Made by a program: the position numbers and the translations under genes
NCBI GenBank assembly: GCA_029261035.1
Contig: JAJDCD010000004.1
Location: 68,765 to 132,764, forward strand
DNA: 64,000 nt
Source of the DNA: Candidatus Omnitrophota bacterium
GTDB taxonomy: Bacteria; Omnitrophota; Omnitrophia; Omnitrophales; JACROU01
Direction of reading: 5' to 3'
In this document: piece after piece, positions 62,365 through 64,000 of the stretch
Layout of the letters: each line of letters starts with the position of its first letter
Position numbering within the stretch: position 1 is the first letter of the stretch
Notes under the pieces: generated by a model
What the model was told of the DNA's origin: nothing
The model's database searches: none
The model's input: the letters and a program-made list of their open reading frames with translations, nothing else

Positions 62365-62391
62365 TTATCGGCTACATTCTATACTATCTGA
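62365..62391 (-). promoter_or_regulatory. Putative sigma28-type promoter of the kinase operon
   Basis: TCAG-N15-GCCGATAA on the minus strand. Confidence 0.5.
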
Positions 62392-62442
62392 ATCTTTGAT
62401 TACCTAAAAGATTAAATTCAGAACTTCAAATCGATTAATCTT

Positions 62443-63288
62443 TTATAATCTATTTAGAACTCCTTTTATTAATTTGTCTAATTTAGGACCAGCTGACTGA
62501 GCCGTTTTTATAATTTCTTCAATATTAATAGGCTCTAATGACTCTGGAATACACATATCCGTAATAACACTTAAACCTAATACTTTCAGTCCTGCATGAA
62601 CAGCCACAATAACCTCTGGAATAGTTGACATCCCCACCATATCCGCTCCCCAAGTACGCATCATTCGATACTCTGCTCTCGTTTCTAAACAAGGACCCGT
62701 GACCCCTACATAAACCCCTTTGTGGAGATTAAGACCTTGCTCTGTAGCAACGTCCTCAGAAAGACGCATAAGCTCTTTCTGATACGGCTCTATCATATCC
62801 GGGAACCTGGGGCCTAGCTTTTCATGATTAGGCCCAATCAAAGGATTTAAACCCATAAAATTGATATGATCCTCAATCAAAACAATATCCCCTTTTTGGT
62901 ACTGAGAATTTAACCCACCAGCAGCATTAGAAACAATCATGATATCAATGCCCAATGCTTTCATTACTCGAACCGGAAACGTAATCTGCTTTAATGAATG
63001 ACCTTCATAAAAATGATAACGACCTTCCATCGCCATAATAGTTTTACCGGACAATTGACCAAACACAAGCTGCCCCGTATGCGAAATTACGGTCGAAGAA
63101 GAAAAGTGCGGAATTTCTTCATAAGGAATCGTAATCTTATTTTCAATCTGTTCTGTAACCTTTCCCAAGCCTGTTCCAAGGATCAAACCCAGGGTTGGAA
63201 TCATCTCACCTAATTTCGATTGCAAAAAAACTTTGGCTTCCTCGACATCTTCTAAGGTTGTTGGTTTTTCAATTTGGTCTATACTCAA
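62443..63288 (-). CDS. punA: Purine-nucleoside phosphorylase (trimeric PNP/XapA type)
   Basis: LILGTGLG, GRYHFYEG, NAAGG, GPCLETRAE, GMSTIPE. Confidence 0.93.
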   Translation of the reverse strand: MSIDQIEKPTTLEDVEEAKVFLQSKLGEMIPTLGLILGTGLGKVTEQIENKITIPYEEIPHFSSSTVISHTGQLVFGQLSGKTIMAMEGRYHFYEGHSLKQITFPVRVMKALGIDIMIVSNAAGGLNSQYQKGDIVLIEDHINFMGLNPLIGPNHEKLGPRFPDMIEPYQKELMRLSEDVATEQGLNLHKGVYVGVTGPCLETRAEYRMMRTWGADMVGMSTIPEVIVAVHAGLKVLGLSVITDMCIPESLEPINIEEIIKTAQSAGPKLDKLIKGVLNRL

Positions 63289-63506
63289 ATTTCAATCTCC
63301 ACTAATTTATTATTACTTTTCAGCCCTTTAACTAATTCAACCTTACTCTTAGCAACACCAAACTCTTTACTCAAAAGCTTAATTAGCTCTAAGTTTGCTT
63401 TACCTTCTGTTGCTGGTGCATTTACATGGACAATATAGTTATCTTTTTCGATTTGAACAATTTTTCTTACTTTAGAATTGGGTTTTACTTTAACTTGAAT
63501 CAACAT
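63285..63506 (-). CDS. yggU: DUF167/YggU protein
   Basis: VKVKPNS, APATEGKAN, GLKSNNK. Confidence 0.9.
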   Translation of the reverse strand: MLIQVKVKPNSKVRKIVQIEKDNYIVHVNAPATEGKANLELIKLLSKEFGVAKSKVELVKGLKSNNKLVEIEI

Positions 63507-63515
63507 ACTTCTATT

Positions 63516-63809
63516 TTATCGCATCGCAACACTTAGATCCATCAAACTACCTACTAGAAAAATTTGAATGAACTTAATCACTAAAATAGCAATTAATGGA
63601 GAAAAGTCCAAACCAATCGGAGGAACCACTCTTCGGATTGGAGACAAAATAGGTTCCGTAACTGTATCTAGAAATCTTACGATTGGATTATATGGATCTG
63701 GATTGACCCAAGAGATCAATGCTCTAATCAAAATAATCCAAAATAAAATTTCTAATACAGAGTTCAATATATATGCTAATGCTTTTACTAAATTACTAAG
63801 AACAAACAT
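63516..63809 (-). CDS. yggT: YggT membrane protein
   Basis: ISWVNPDPYNPIV, TEPIL.PIR, LDFSP. Confidence 0.95.
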   Translation of the reverse strand: MFVLSNLVKALAYILNSVLEILFWIILIRALISWVNPDPYNPIVRFLDTVTEPILSPIRRVVPPIGLDFSPLIAILVIKFIQIFLVGSLMDLSVAMR

Positions 63810-63837
63810 CAAAACCTCCCATAAATTCTCTTATCTA

Positions 63838-64000
63838 TTAACTTTTCCCTAATTGTTCGCCGCGTTTCACTGCGGATTGAATTACCTTTGAAAAGGTTTG
63901 CTCAAATTTCTTTTCTGAAAAAACTTTAAGGGCCGCTTCTGTTGTCCCTCCCTTAGAAGTGACTCTTTGCTTTAATGTTTTTGCATCCAAATCAGATGTC
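63838..64000 (-). CDS. proC: Pyrroline-5-carboxylate reductase, 3' end only
   Basis: Manual translation ...LKQRVTSKGGTTEAAL...AVKRGEQLGKS*; proC-yggT-yggU synteny. Confidence 0.9.
   Translation of the reverse strand, partial: TSDLDAKTLKQRVTSKGGTTEAALKVFSEKKFEQTFSKVIQSAVKRGEQLGKS

Overview
AT-rich bacterial chromosomal segment with almost all genes on the minus strand. Gene content suggests the PVC superphylum, probably Omnitrophota (inference only; no rRNA is present). Housekeeping blocks are mreBCD-mrdA-rodA, aroA, purB-C-S-Q-L-F-M-D-E continuing into tsaC/ywlE-rpiB-glyA-nrdR, a futalosine menaquinone cluster, hppA-ligA-xerD-rpsU, a short mraZ-STAS-rsmH-ftsL-ftsI block and proC-yggT-yggU-punA. 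There are two tRNAs, Glu(CUC) and Pro(CGG). The most notable items are: (1) a three-gene operon of a ParA ATPase fused to an AMPK-beta/CBM48 glycogen-binding module, a Walker-A-less MinD/FlhG-like protein and an unknown partner, a candidate glycogen-granule positioning system next to a kinase/receiver/HD-GYP module; (2) two diverged copies of a ~200-nt three-hairpin element with conserved loops and re-written stems; (3) the 5' end of a large secreted protein missed by the ORF track; (4) sigma28-like promoter boxes, a candidate sRNA and a recurring GGGTGTGTG motif; (5) several apparent pseudoenzymes. All calls come from reading the sequence by eye; no database searches were run.
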